Origin: Selaginella moellendorffii
Lineage: Eukaryota > Plantae > Lycopodiophyta
Assembly: GCF_000143415.4 (NCBI RefSeq)
Contig: NW_003314284.1
Span: 788,693 to 852,692, forward strand
DNA length: 64,000 nt
Reading direction: 5' to 3'
Shown: piece after piece, positions 49,401 through 60,676 of the stretch
How the letters are laid out: each line of letters begins with the position of its first letter
How positions within the stretch are numbered: the stretch's first letter is position 1
Made by a program: the position numbers and the translations under genes
Notes under the pieces: generated by a model
Databases searched by the model: none
The model's input: only the letters and a program-made list of their open reading frames with translations
What the model was told of the DNA's origin: nothing

Positions 49401-50972
49401 AAAATTCCAAGCAACTATCAGCATATGGTGTTGAAAAAAAGTGGGTCCTGGCATTGCATGGCTCGCTCTCGAGTGAACAACAGAAGCGAGTTTTTGTGAG
49501 GCCTCCGCGGGGTGTGAGGAAAGTAGTCCTGGCAACGAATGTTGCTGAAACTAGCATCACCATTGACGACATATTGTAAGTATATTTTCCTGTTTTTCCT
49601 CCGACATGGTTTTGATGTCCTTCTCGCAGGTATGTGATCGATACAGGACGTCACAAGGAAATGAGCTATGATCATTCGAAAGGCTTGTCGTGCTTGCAGG
49701 AGACCTGGGTCTCAAAAGCAAGTTGCAAGCAGCGGGCTGGTCGTGCTGGCCGTGTTCAGCCTGGCTGCTGTCTCAGACTCTACAGCAAGAAGCAGTTCAA
49801 AGCTTTCGATGATCACCAGCTTCCAGAGATACAAAGAGTCTCCCTTGAAGGACTTTGTCTTAAGGTAAGAAAGAATCTTTCAATAGCTGGTTTCATGGAG
49901 CTCTTTGCAGGTCAAGTCGCTTCTTCAATCAAAAGTACAATCAACTCTATCTAAAATGCCCACGCCTCCCGACCCGGACGCTGTTATTGCAGCAGTTCAG
50001 TCACTAAAGGACATCAACGCGTTTGATGCGGAGAACGAGACTTTGACACCCCTCGGCAGACATCTTACACAGATGCCCGTGGATGCTCGCGTCGGGAAAA
50101 TGCTCGTCTTCGGCTGCATGCTCAAGTGCCTCGATCCGGTCCTCACCATAGCTGCCAGCATGAGCGGACGCCCGGTCTTCTTCTCCCCGCAGGACAACAG
50201 GGAGGAGGCGAGACTAGCAAAGCTGAGATTGTCCGGGACCAGCAAGAGCGACCACATAGCTCTCGTTGCTGCTTACAACGGATGGATCACCGCGAGACGA
50301 GACGGATGGGAAGCCGAAAAGGACTACTGCGCCTCCAACTTCTTGTCACGGGAAGCTCTAGCCAGCATAGAAGCCAGCCGCGAAGACTACCTCAACGTAC
50401 TCAGAGAGCTTGGATTCGTACCCGGTGATATATCCAGCCTCGAGGCAAGCTCCAACAGCGTCAGAGTTATCAAGGCAGTCGTCTGTGCCGGCTTCTATCC
50501 AAAAATCGCGAGAGTTCGCCACCCCGAGAAGACTTACGTTCAGACCGAGGGTGGAACCGTTCCAAAGCTAGCGGCAGCTCACGAGGTCCAGTACTTCACA
50601 AGGCTCGACGGCAGGGTGTTTCTCCATCCGGCCAGCGTTAACTTCTCGGCGGGGCACTTCGAGAGCCCCTGGCTGGTAGTGACGGACATGGTGAAGACGT
50701 CCAAGGTGTATGCGAGGGAGACGTCCATGGTTCCGGCTTACAGCCTTCTCATCTTCGGAGGGAGCATCAGCGTTCGTCACGAGAGGCAGATGATCGTGGT
50801 GGATGGCTGGCTGGAGTTTGAGGCCCCGGCTCGGATCGCTGTGCTCATCAAGGAGCTCCGGAAGAGAGTGGACGCGCTGCTGCTTGAAAAGACTGGAAAT
50901 CCTGGCCTAGACATCTCCAGCAGCGCGGTTGTGGCGGCTCTTCTAAGGCTACTGGAGACCGATGGCTTCTAG
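46401..50972 (+). CDS. DExH-box RNA helicase, DHX57/Ucp12-like (C2H2 finger, dsRBD-like, UBA, RWD, helicase core, HA2, OB), multi-exon
   Basis: CPLCDRIF..LKEHLKNKH; KTLLHEWCQK; LVEMGF..ALDWL; YPFEIP; GETGCGKST, DEVHER, MSAT, QRAGRAGR, HPASVN. Confidence 0.9.
46716..46740 (+). repeat. (TCT)n poly-Ser coding microsatellite
   Basis: Directly visible within a helicase exon. Confidence 0.8.
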
Positions 50973-51039
50973 TCTGGTGAGAAAAAGCTCGTTGTTACTT
51001 ATGTAGCTGATATGGTTTGCTTAGGAGCTTTGGCTGCTC

Positions 51040-51285
51040 GGATCCCAATGGAACTCCCCGGTAGATTTTGAAACCATTTCCGCGCACGTAAGTAGAACCA
51101 GGCTTGATACGAAATGTTTGATGTGTTGCAGCTGACTTTGAAACATCTTCCGGCACAGAGGATGAACAGCAAACCGTTTGTGAGATCGACATTTTTCCTG
51201 TAAGGACGTGGTTCCCAGGTCCCCTGTTGAATGCGTAGCAGCACACTCGGAGCTTAAAATGCAGCTGGTGGGCGTTTCTGCCACC
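51040..51285 (-). pseudogene. Deleted remnant of the RCL1 3' end
   Basis: Aligns piecewise with 59013-59446 (CILSSEC, LLTC), including intron sequence gtttgtgagat. Confidence 0.85.
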
Positions 51286-52974
51286 CGTAGGCACGAATCT
51301 TCTAGACTCTGTAAAATGCGCCATACTTGGAGCTCATGGCCTCGAAAAACTCCTTCCCCTTATCCGCAAGGCCGGCATGGCTGCACAGAGCTAGAATCAA
51401 GGGGCTTGTGTCTCAGCCAACAAGATTTATATGTCTTGGAATGTCCCGATTCAAACAATGCGAATGGAGAAAATAGCCAGGTTTTTAAAAAGTAAATTGA
51501 AACCAAAGACCATTTGCTAATTTAGAACTCCAATTAGAGTAAAAGTGTTGATAAATATTCTAATACATAAAACTTCTAGCTATTAAGCTTCATTGACTGA
51601 GACCAACTTTTGTCTTTAGTGATCCTATGTAAATTTGTGTGCAAAGTAAATTATATGCTTGTAACTTTTCATTCCACCCAAATAAGCTTGTTGTCTTTGG
51701 AATGGTTAATATTACATTTCACAAACACAAATAAGGGGTAGTTTCCAGAGTTTAGATTGATGAAACCATGTAATCATCGATCAAGATCTAGGTTTGATGA
51801 TCATTCTAACAAGCTAGCATATTGGTGGCAAAACGTAGGTGCACGAAGACGACAAAGACATGTTCAATTTCAACTGCCTATTGTACCTCATGCTTCTTTT
51901 TCAAAAAAGCAAAAAGTCTTATCCACGTTTGGCCATGCCACAGCAATACATTCAAGTTTGGTAATCCAGAAAATATAGACCTGGACCATTTAAGTGCACT
52001 CTGTTGATGGAGATTGAAAACTACTTTCTACAGAGTTTCAAACCATCAGAATCCCTTGATTCATCTTTTAATGAGAAAAGTTTCCAGCACACTATCAGCT
52101 ACAAGGACGAAGTGGACGACATAAATGCCAACAAGATTGGATGACAAATAACTATGGTGGTATATTTGAATCCATTAGTCTCATGCTTCTTGGGGGGCAC
52201 TATAAAGACCTGAATGAATAAATGAATGAATATTGAAATAAACACTGCTAAAATTAACTCATAATTAAGACATGCCTTCTCTTTGTCCATGTTCTGAACA
52301 CACTGGTGAAGTGTGTTCCTCTAAGATCATCAGGAAGTGTCTGATCCTACAGGATACAAAACTAACTACTTATAAACTAATTGGAAAGTTAAATAGGAAT
52401 TTAAAAAATATCGCTTATTCTGTGCCGGTGGCTGGAATCCGAGCTTGGGAGGATATACAGGGCAAGAGTGATCTATTGTAGCAGGCATTGCCGTCTCATC
52501 TCACCACTGATTGAAATGGGGCAGATCCCACAGAAATTTGCGCTATCGATTTTAAAACTCCATTCAAGTACAAAAGGGTGATATAATAATATTAAAAAAA
52601 ATCAAATAAATTTCGCGTTTGTTTGGCGTCTGCCTTGTTAATGACATCACAGAGTGAACAATGTAGCAGATGCCCTGAAAGGCCATATGCTTGAAGCATC
52701 TGTCCATGACACGAAATTCCACTGGGGCATTTGTAGAAAGCTAGAAAATTACCAGCCACACGGGAATATTTTTAGAATCTTCGAATAAAGATGGGTCAAC
52801 GAGCAGTTATACAAACACCACGAAAGGAAGTTGAGCACTGCCAGTACTATAAGAACTCTATCAACTAGGTCCCCTGGGGACATTTGTGGTCCCTTAGAAA
52901 CCGGAGCTGTCTTTATTTGCTCCTTGCCAAGCTGCTGGCGTGGAAGATTTGCGGAAGATTCCCCCATTCTACAA

Positions 52975-54325
52975 TCTAGCTGTTCAGACCTCGCTAGAAT
53001 TCAAACGCAGCAGTAGTGCTCCCGTGTGAGAGTCAACCCAAAGTCAGCGGGCATCGACACGCCTCATTGACAAGCCCGGAATGGGCCAGAATGGTCGCAA
53101 AGGCAATCCTGCCCGGCACAATCCCTGCCAAGTTCATCCTTCGGAAGAAAAAGAGGGCTTTGCCTGGTGGCGCATCATGGCATTCCACGACATGAGGACA
53201 GGCATTACATGGAGTTGTGAGAGCTTCCTGAAATTAGCTATTTTGCTCACACCCCATTTTAAGAATCTGCCATATAATCTTTACACTTGCATCTGCGAAA
53301 GAAGAAGAGCCGAGGTCATGATGTTCCATACCGTGACATCAGTGCATGGATGTGAAGGGTTCCCTGGCCTCACACACTATGCTCAGCGAAAGAGCCCCGT
53401 GATCACCGAGCTCCACGACACAACGTGCATTTGCAGCATTCTGTGGAATGCAAGCCTGGCCTCGTCCAAGCGGAATCTATTTATCTATTTTGGCACTGCT
53501 CCAAGCAGCCATTTTCTGAAACACTGACGTTTACAATACTTTGTGCGTCGACATTTAATCAAACATTTCTTGTCATCTCAATTTTCATGTTGTCCTCAAA
53601 ACTTTTCCTCAAACCACAAGTCATGTCAACGATTTTGCTAGAACCCAGCTGGACTGAATCATCTTTTGCTAGAAAAAAAAATGCTCTACAATCAAATCAT
53701 CACAACGCAAGAAATCATACCCCTTTCTTCCTTTACAAAAAATATCCTCCTTGCCTCCGCATCCATTCCATTGTGCAAACTCAGTTGTTGGACGACACAA
53801 CATCGTGAAGTGGCATCCTCTCAAACACGGCACTTGTAGCAACCCGGCTTGGGCATATGTGCTTATATATCATTTGTTCACGAGAAGGCATTCTATGACA
53901 GCAATGTCAAACATGGCCGACGGAGGCCTGGCATGTTAGCAAATGTAGAAATCAGGCAGTTCCATCATGCTACCTCGTTCCACTTGGGTAAAATCTCAAA
54001 GAACTGTCTACTCTGGAAGCACTGTGCAAACACGTTATCATCAAGTTCCAGGTGATTAGATCCCACAAGGGTGCATGCCATCGAACATCAATCAAGGTCT
54101 TCAAAACACCGACTCTGAGCATCAGATACTATGTCAGGCAGGGCGACTTCATAAAAGGAAAGGTTTGCTGTTGAGCATAATGTTGCATGATCTGGTGTCA
54201 GGTTTGAAGATCTCCTGGCCTGCTGCAGTTTCAGCACCAGTTGAACTAGCAATAGCGGAGATTGGAAGCAAGAATGCAGTTGTGACTTTGTGGAGATCTT
54301 TGCATGCCTTCAGACGGTTCCACAG
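52975..54325 (-). pseudogene. PPR pseudogene (inverted, heavily deleted copy of 12146-14428)
   Basis: For example, the reverse complement of 53010-53160 matches ~14010-14185 (gggttgactc..gggagcactactgctgcgtt); 54185-54270 matches ~12350-12490. Confidence 0.88.
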
Positions 54326-54400
54326 AGCTCTTGCTATAAGATAGTAGTCTTGTTTTATTTCATTATTTGTATTATTTTATTTTAGTGACAGCAGAGCGGT

Positions 54401-55626
54401 TTAGTTTATTTGGAGCTTTTGTGAATGCTTGCCATCCAAATATTTTGTGTAGACATTTGTGATGTGCTCTTCGTATAAGGTTGACCTGTAGAGCGGTGGG
54501 TTTTGCTCATCGATAAATTCTGGCAGGGGTCCTATCACAACGTCCCGCGATGGATTGCAAAATGCCACGATGGAGAGACGAGTTTGATCAGGCTGGACAA
54601 GGACCCGGTGCTCAATGCTCTTGTATTTGCCATTGCTCAAAATCTGGCATGGAAACCATGATAGAAATCAATCCAAGTCAATATAATAGCTTACTTCAAG
54701 CTGATCAGCGATGTTCACAATGAATGCATTCTTTATAGGCTTCAAGTCGTACCAGAGATCACCTTTCCTGGCCTGGAGTCCACCAACTTGATCTTCAAAC
54801 AGGATTGTCAAACCGCCGCTGTCGGTATGGCCATTCATTCCAAGAGCAAGATCAGGATTTGGGCACGGTGGATAGTAATTCGATCGCAAGATCATCTCTG
54901 AGTCTCCAAACGATTTCGCGAGGCAGTTTGAATCCAGCCCGAGCCCTTCTGACAAAGCCGACAACAGAGTCTGACTCAGATGTTTCACGCTTGAAACATA
55001 GCTGGAAGCGAGCCTCCTGCAATATCCAAGAAAACAAGCAATCTCATGAAATCCAAATTGATCAAGCTCATTTACTTGTAGCACGCTGGTTTTTCCGGCC
55101 ATGGATGCTCCTTTTCTCTGTTTGAAAAGTAGTGCTGAAAGTGATCGTGCCACTCCATATGAGTCTCTTGAGAAGGTGTCATACTTGTACAGTACCGCAC
55201 TGGCACAAACACCTCCTCCGTATAATACTTCATCTTCTCCTCGATCGGAAGATCAAAGAGCTCAAGCACTCCATAGACCATGCCTTGCATCGTTTCAACA
55301 GGAATCCCGTGGTTGATCACCTGTGGCATGTGGCATCATATTATGAATGATCAATTTTAGATACGATACATAACAGGTACACATCAAAATACCTGAAAGA
55401 TGCCCCATTCACTCGAAGCCATGCACAAAGTTTGAACAAATTCCTCTCGGTCACTCTCCAATGCAGCCATGTCAATCACAGGGATCTCCACCCCGGGAAC
55501 GATCAAATGCTTCACAGCTCGGTGGCTGGGAGGTTTGATATAACAGCCAGGAATGGTAACGAGGCCATTATCCATGAGAGCTTTGACACCAGTGTGCTCA
55601 TTGGCATTTGCAACAAAGGAAGGCAT
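54401..55626 (-). CDS. 2-oxoglutarate/Fe(II)-dependent dioxygenase (DOXC class), 4 exons
   Basis: GVKALMDNGL, IPVIDM, EWGIFQVINHGI, NYYPPCPNPDLALG, HTD (HxD), NGKYKSIEHRV (H), RLS (RxS). Confidence 0.93.
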
Positions 55627-55663
55627 AGCTATAAGATGAATGAGATTGCATAAAATTGGTTGG

Positions 55664-55749
55664 TTTATATAGTTGATTTTCCATGACGTTAAAATCCAAG
55701 TCACATGGCCGATGATTCGCGAAAGATCTTCTAGGTGGCAGCCCACGTG
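55664..55749 (-). promoter_or_regulatory. TATA box, TGACG element and G-box upstream of the dioxygenase
   Basis: TATATAAA (minus) at 55664-55671; TGACG at 55684-55688; CACGTG at 55744-55749. Confidence 0.5.
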
Positions 55750-56129
55750 GCCATCATGTCAATTACTTAAAACAACACGTATTTGTTTTAATATTTCTCG
55801 AGAGCTGTTTCGACGAAGTCGGCAGGGAGCAGCAGCGAAGGAGCGAGCACAAGATGTACCATCGATTTTCTGCATCTATCAGTCTCATGTTTGACAAATA
55901 TAACTAAATAGATAGTCCATTGTCAAGCATGAAACTGATGGATGCAAAAATGCAAGATTGAAAATTGAAGCCGCATCTTGCATATCTCGCAGCTCCCTCC
56001 CTGTGCGCTGTCCAGGCTTTGGTTTCCAGGAAACCTTTGTTTTCTGGAAAGCCGGGTAGAAAACCTAGTCATTGAGACAAGAGAAAACAGTGACTTGCGA
56101 AGTGCTCTTTCAATCTAGCTACCAGGATC

Positions 56130-57773
56130 ATGGTTGGGACGAGAACACACCTCTACAACAGTCGATGGATGGTTGCATTGGCAAGTTTTTTCCTCATGAT
56201 CTCCTCAGGAGGATCACTCAACAATTTCAGCCTCTTCTCGCAGCATCTCAAGCTGTCCCTCGGCTACAACCAAAAGAATATCAACACCATAAGCTTCTTC
56301 AAGGACGTTGGCACCAGCGTCGGCATTCTCTCCGGCCTCGTTTACGATCTCACCGGGCCCTGGGTCGTGCTCCTTCTTGGATTCGCGCTAAACTTTGCTG
56401 GATACTTCACGATATGGCTGGCTACAACGCAGAGAATCGCACACCCCCACGTCTGGGAGCTGTGCTTCTATCTCTTTATGATCGGCGCGTCGGCAGCCTT
56501 CACCACCACCGCGGTCCTCGTGGCCTGTGCCAAGAATTTCCCCAAGAACCAGGGCATGGTTCTTAGTCTTTTCGACAGCACACAGGGATTGAGCGTTGCG
56601 ATGTTCACTCTGCTTTACCAGGCCTTCTTCTCCCGCAGCGATGATTCCTTCGTCCTTTTGCTGGCCTGGTTTCCATCGCTCTTATGCCTTCTCTTCGCGT
56701 TTGTCATTCGATCCGTCCCACTCGACGGCCGCTACAATGACTCGAGAACGCTCTTCGTCTTCTTGTCGGTAACCTTGATCCTGGCTGGATATCTCATGGC
56801 GATTATCATCCTCCAGCATTTCGTGCGCCTGGAATCTAGGATCATCAAGGCCTTCTTTTCCATCATGCTGCTCATACTCTCCATCCCGGCTCTTGTGGTT
56901 CTGAGACAGGAATCCAAAACCTTCCATCGCGAGGTTGATCTAGTGGAGAACGCAGCTCAAGCAGATAATCAAGATCATGGCAACAACGTCGTCAACGTAG
57001 ATCCTCCGGATCATGGAGCAAACGCCGCTGCTCCAGCTATCGCCTTGCACAGCGCGATCTTCTTCTTTAAAGGATCGCCCGTCAAGCGAGGAGACGATTT
57101 CACAATCCTCCAGGCGCTCTGTAGCATCGACATGCTTCTCATCTTTGTGGCGTCAACCTGTGGCATTGGCGCTGTGCTCACCGTGACCAACAATTTCGGC
57201 CAGATTGGAACGTCGCTGGGCTACTCCCAGGCCGGAACAAACACTTTCATCGCCCTCCTTAGCATCTGGGACTTCATCGGTGGCGTTGGCGTTGGCTTCA
57301 TCTCGGATATATGCCTCGCCAGCTATGGCGTCGCAAGGCCCTTCTTCCTGTGCCTGGTTCTCTTGCTTCTCTCGCTTGGGAGCTTGATAATCGCTCTTGG
57401 GCTTCCCGGAGCGCTCTTCTACGGCTCGGTTTTGATTGGGTTATCAATCGGTGGCCAGTGGTCGGTTCTTTACACCATGATAGCGGAGATCTTCGGGCTC
57501 AGGTTCTATGGGACGCTCCAAAATGTAACTTACGTCGCTAAGGCGCTGGGAACTTATGTTTTGTCCGTCCGGGTGGCAGGAGTTTTATACGACCGCGAGA
57601 GTAAGCTTGGACCGGACGTTGGTGATCTCCTTTGCCATGGATCGCATTGCTACAGAGCAACCTTCTTCGTCATGGCTGGAGTGTGCTTGTTTGCATCTAT
57701 TGTGAGCTTGATCTTGTCCATTAGAACAACAAAGTTTTATAGTGTCACTCTTCGAAAGAGACTAACTAGTTAA
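56130..57773 (+). CDS. Nodulin-like / major facilitator superfamily transporter (NFD4-like), intronless
   Basis: FSLFSQHLKLSLGYNQ, FFKDVG, KNFPKNQG, RGDDFTILQAL, EIFGLRFYGTL, CHGSHCY; many TM segments. Confidence 0.92.
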   Translation: MVGTRTHLYNSRWMVALASFFLMISSGGSLNNFSLFSQHLKLSLGYNQKNINTISFFKDVGTSVGILSGLVYDLTGPWVVLLLGFALNFAGYFTIWLATTQRIAHPHVWELCFYLFMIGASAAFTTTAVLVACAKNFPKNQGMVLSLFDSTQGLSVAMFTLLYQAFFSRSDDSFVLLLAWFPSLLCLLFAFVIRSVPLDGRYNDSRTLFVFLSVTLILAGYLMAIIILQHFVRLESRIIKAFFSIMLLILSIPALVVLRQESKTFHREVDLVENAAQADNQDHGNNVVNVDPPDHGANAAAPAIALHSAIFFFKGSPVKRGDDFTILQALCSIDMLLIFVASTCGIGAVLTVTNNFGQIGTSLGYSQAGTNTFIALLSIWDFIGGVGVGFISDICLASYGVARPFFLCLVLLLLSLGSLIIALGLPGALFYGSVLIGLSIGGQWSVLYTMIAEIFGLRFYGTLQNVTYVAKALGTYVLSVRVAGVLYDRESKLGPDVGDLLCHGSHCYRATFFVMAGVCLFASIVSLILSIRTTKFYSVTLRKRLTS

Positions 57774-57883
57774 TAAATGTTAGCTGCTGAAATGAATAGT
57801 AAAACTTCTACTAGCTGCTGAAATGAATAGTAAGCTTCTATAAGTTTTATAGCGTCACTCTTCGAAAGAGATTAATTGGTTAG
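57732..57883 (+). repeat. Tandem duplications at the MFS 3' end
   Basis: 31-bp unit tagctgctgaaatgaatagtaa..cttcta twice (57781-57840); the last ~13 codons (aagttttatagtgtcactcttcgaaagaga) repeated at ~57842. Confidence 0.85.
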
Positions 57884-58394
57884 ATGCTCTGTAAGGCACT
57901 CACTGTAAAGCTTTGGGATTAGTAAAAATGCTCAAAAGAAGCTCTCATGCCTTCATATGTTTCTCAGTTGACGATAGAAATATAATACTATTGTACATCG
58001 ATTTTCTTTTATCCTGGCCGTTCCAAAAAATGATGTCCGTTTGAGAGAAACCTTAATTATTTAGTAATAAACCTTACTTTTTAACTTCTAATACTCAAAC
58101 TCATTGTTTCAACACTTTGATCTTTTGCACTTTTGATCTAATGGAAAAGTAAAGTGACTACTTTTGAGTGAGGATAGGCAAATGTCTTGCAAAATGCCTG
58201 TGAAAAATTAAGTTAGATTTGTGCGGTTCATGAGATTTGGGGAGTTCTCATCATGACTTATTTTTTGCTCTTTGTTCTCAAGTAACAAACTTTGGACTAC
58301 AGTCTATATTGTGGTGGGGGGGAGGCAGGGTTTCACTGTGAGTTAGTTCCACTTGGAATTTTTCTCACACCTCTTACTGCCATTTTCATCAGGA

Positions 58395-58950
58395 TATACA
58401 TCAAAAAATAGTTCGGGAGATACAAAGAGTCTCCTTATTAAGGACTGTGTCTCTAGAGAGAATTGGTTTCATTGGAATTCTTTGCAGGTTAAGATGCTTT
58501 TTCAACCGATCGTGTCTAAAATGCCCACGCCTCATGCTGTTCTTGAGTCACTAAAAGACATCAACGTTTGATGCGGGAGACATGGGAAAATGCTCTTGAT
58601 CTTCAGCTGCATGCTCAAGTGCCTCGATCCGGTCCTCACCATAGCTTGAGTCACCACACAGCTCTTATAATGCGAGACGCTCTAGCCAGTATAGAAGCAA
58701 GCCACGAGGATTAACTCCGGGAGCTCACCGCCATCCGGACTTCGAGAGCCCCCAGCTGGTAGTGACGGACATGGTGAAGGTGTCCAAAGTGTATTCCAGC
58801 TTCTTATCTTCAGAAGCATCAGCAGATGATGACGATGAGAGGCAGATGATCGTCGTGGATGGCTGGCTGGAGTTTGAGGCCGCGGCTCGGATCGCTGTGC
58901 ACATCAAGGAGAGTGGATGCACTGCTGCTGGAAAAATGGCTTCTAGCGTG
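58395..58950 (+). pseudogene. Deleted remnant of the DExH helicase 3' half
   Basis: SKMPTP, CMLKCLDPVLTIA, FESPQLVVTDMVKVSKVY, ERQMIVVDGWLEFEAAARIAV match 49780-50972, including an intron remnant. Confidence 0.88.
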
Positions 58951-59012
58951 GTAAGAAAAAGTTCCATGTAACTGATTCAGTTTCCTTTTGTTAGAGCTAT
59001 GGCCCCAGTGAC

Positions 59013-60459
59013 TCATGAAACTTTCCTGTAGAGATTTTGGAAGCCACTTCCAACACACGTAAGTAGAACCGTGCCTGTCGCCGGGTCAGGCTTGATACTA
59101 AACTGCACTCCCAGGAATTCTTTGATGTGTTGCAGCATCTTGATACCGTAAGAAGAGAGCTTCCCGACCCTGACTTTGGAAACATCTTCCGGGCACAGAG
59201 CACAGAGGATGAACAGCAACCCCTGTATAGCAAACAAGAAAGTTTGTGAGATTGACTTCTTTCCTTTCCAGCTTCACAGATAGATACCTGGTGAGTTGAA
59301 TCTACGACTCCTCCCAGCCTTATCTCCTGTAGCAAGGACATGGCTGCTTGCGTCCCCAGGTCCTCTGGAAGTTGGAGCTCGGATGCTCCTGAATGCATAG
59401 CCACGCACTCAGAGCTTAAAATGCAGCCGGTGGTCGTTTCTGCCACCAGTGAGATCCCATAGCCCGGAGATCTGTGCCATGACAAAGGAAGCAAGATGAA
59501 AAAAGTTGACTTTGCAGCACAAAATCATGGAACTTACTTCCCGGACTCCGAACCAGTGTAGTGATCGGTAAAGATGTACACGTCGGGGAGCAAGCGATTT
59601 AGCACACCACGAGCGGCATCAACCATTCGATTGGCCATATGAGGTGAGACGCGTGTGGAGTAACTCACTCCTCGGATACGTTTCACCATGCCCTCGTCCA
59701 CCCATGTAGCAGCCTGGCGAAGGATTCTTAGCGAGGAGAGAAAGAAAAGAAGAGGAGTTTGGAGAAACTGACCGTGAGGCTCTTGGGGACAATGGGAACT
59801 TTGAGGACGACTTCACCGCCACCCAAGGGAGGAGCTCCGCGGGCAACAACCTTGAGTTCTAGGCCTTCGATTGGAACACCAAAGTGCTTGAGCATTGGCA
59901 GTGTTGCTGTGCGAAAGGTGTCGACGCAGGGATCCCTGCTGTCATTTGTAATGCCTGTCACAGGCCACAAAGAATTCTAGTTAACAACCGAGAGACTTGG
60001 AAATCGAAACACGAAGAAGAAAGAAACAAGGAAAAGCAAAAAAACGTTCTGGATATGGAGGAAAGCATACCTCTCAGTGTGATCGAGAGCGGCTTCTTTC
60101 CAAACAATCCCAAGATGATGAGAGGCTCGAGAAAGTATCCAATTCCGCGACCCGTCCCACAATCGTGGACGAGGTTGCGTCCACCGGCTAAAATCCCTGG
60201 CTTGTATCGCAGCTTCGTGCCTGGACTGCTGAAAATAAGAAATCAAGGAGCAAAAGGCAAGACGCTTACCCGTCTCATTGATCTCTATCCCGCAGCCATT
60301 GCTGATCTTCTCCACCAGACGGAGCAAGCTCGCCTCGAAATCACACAATCCAGGCGCCTCACTGTCCGCGCGGATGTCATCGATCCTCAGTGCGGTGTTG
60401 GAGAGCGTCGAGAGCACGAGGCGCTGCCGGAAATGCTGGGCTCCTTTCATCCGTGCCAT
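59013..60459 (-). CDS. RCL1: RNA 3'-terminal phosphate cyclase-like protein (18S rRNA processing), multi-exon
   Basis: FRQRLVLSTLS..IDDIRAD..PGL.DFEASLLRL..NG..IEINETG; GITND; RGAPPLGGGEV; SPGYGISLVAETTTG; PEDLG; GSGFQN. Confidence 0.93.
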
Positions 60460-60676
60460 AAACCCTAAACCACTGCCCTAGTTTTTCGATTTAAAGGTAA
60501 AAGCAAAATTGGAGCAACTAAACAAAAACTAAGGTAATGAAATGCGTAGTGTTTATAGTGTTTTCGGGTAGAGATTCGAACATCTTGCCTTGGGTGAAAG
60601 GGAAGCTCTCTGGCGCAGTGGAATGACGTGCGACGAGGAATTTTGACAACCAAAATATCCAGACGCAAATATAGGT

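Noticed and set aside
57781-57840. Short direct repeats as a CRISPR-like array
   Set aside because: Only two adjacent units without spacers, in eukaryotic 3' UTR context.
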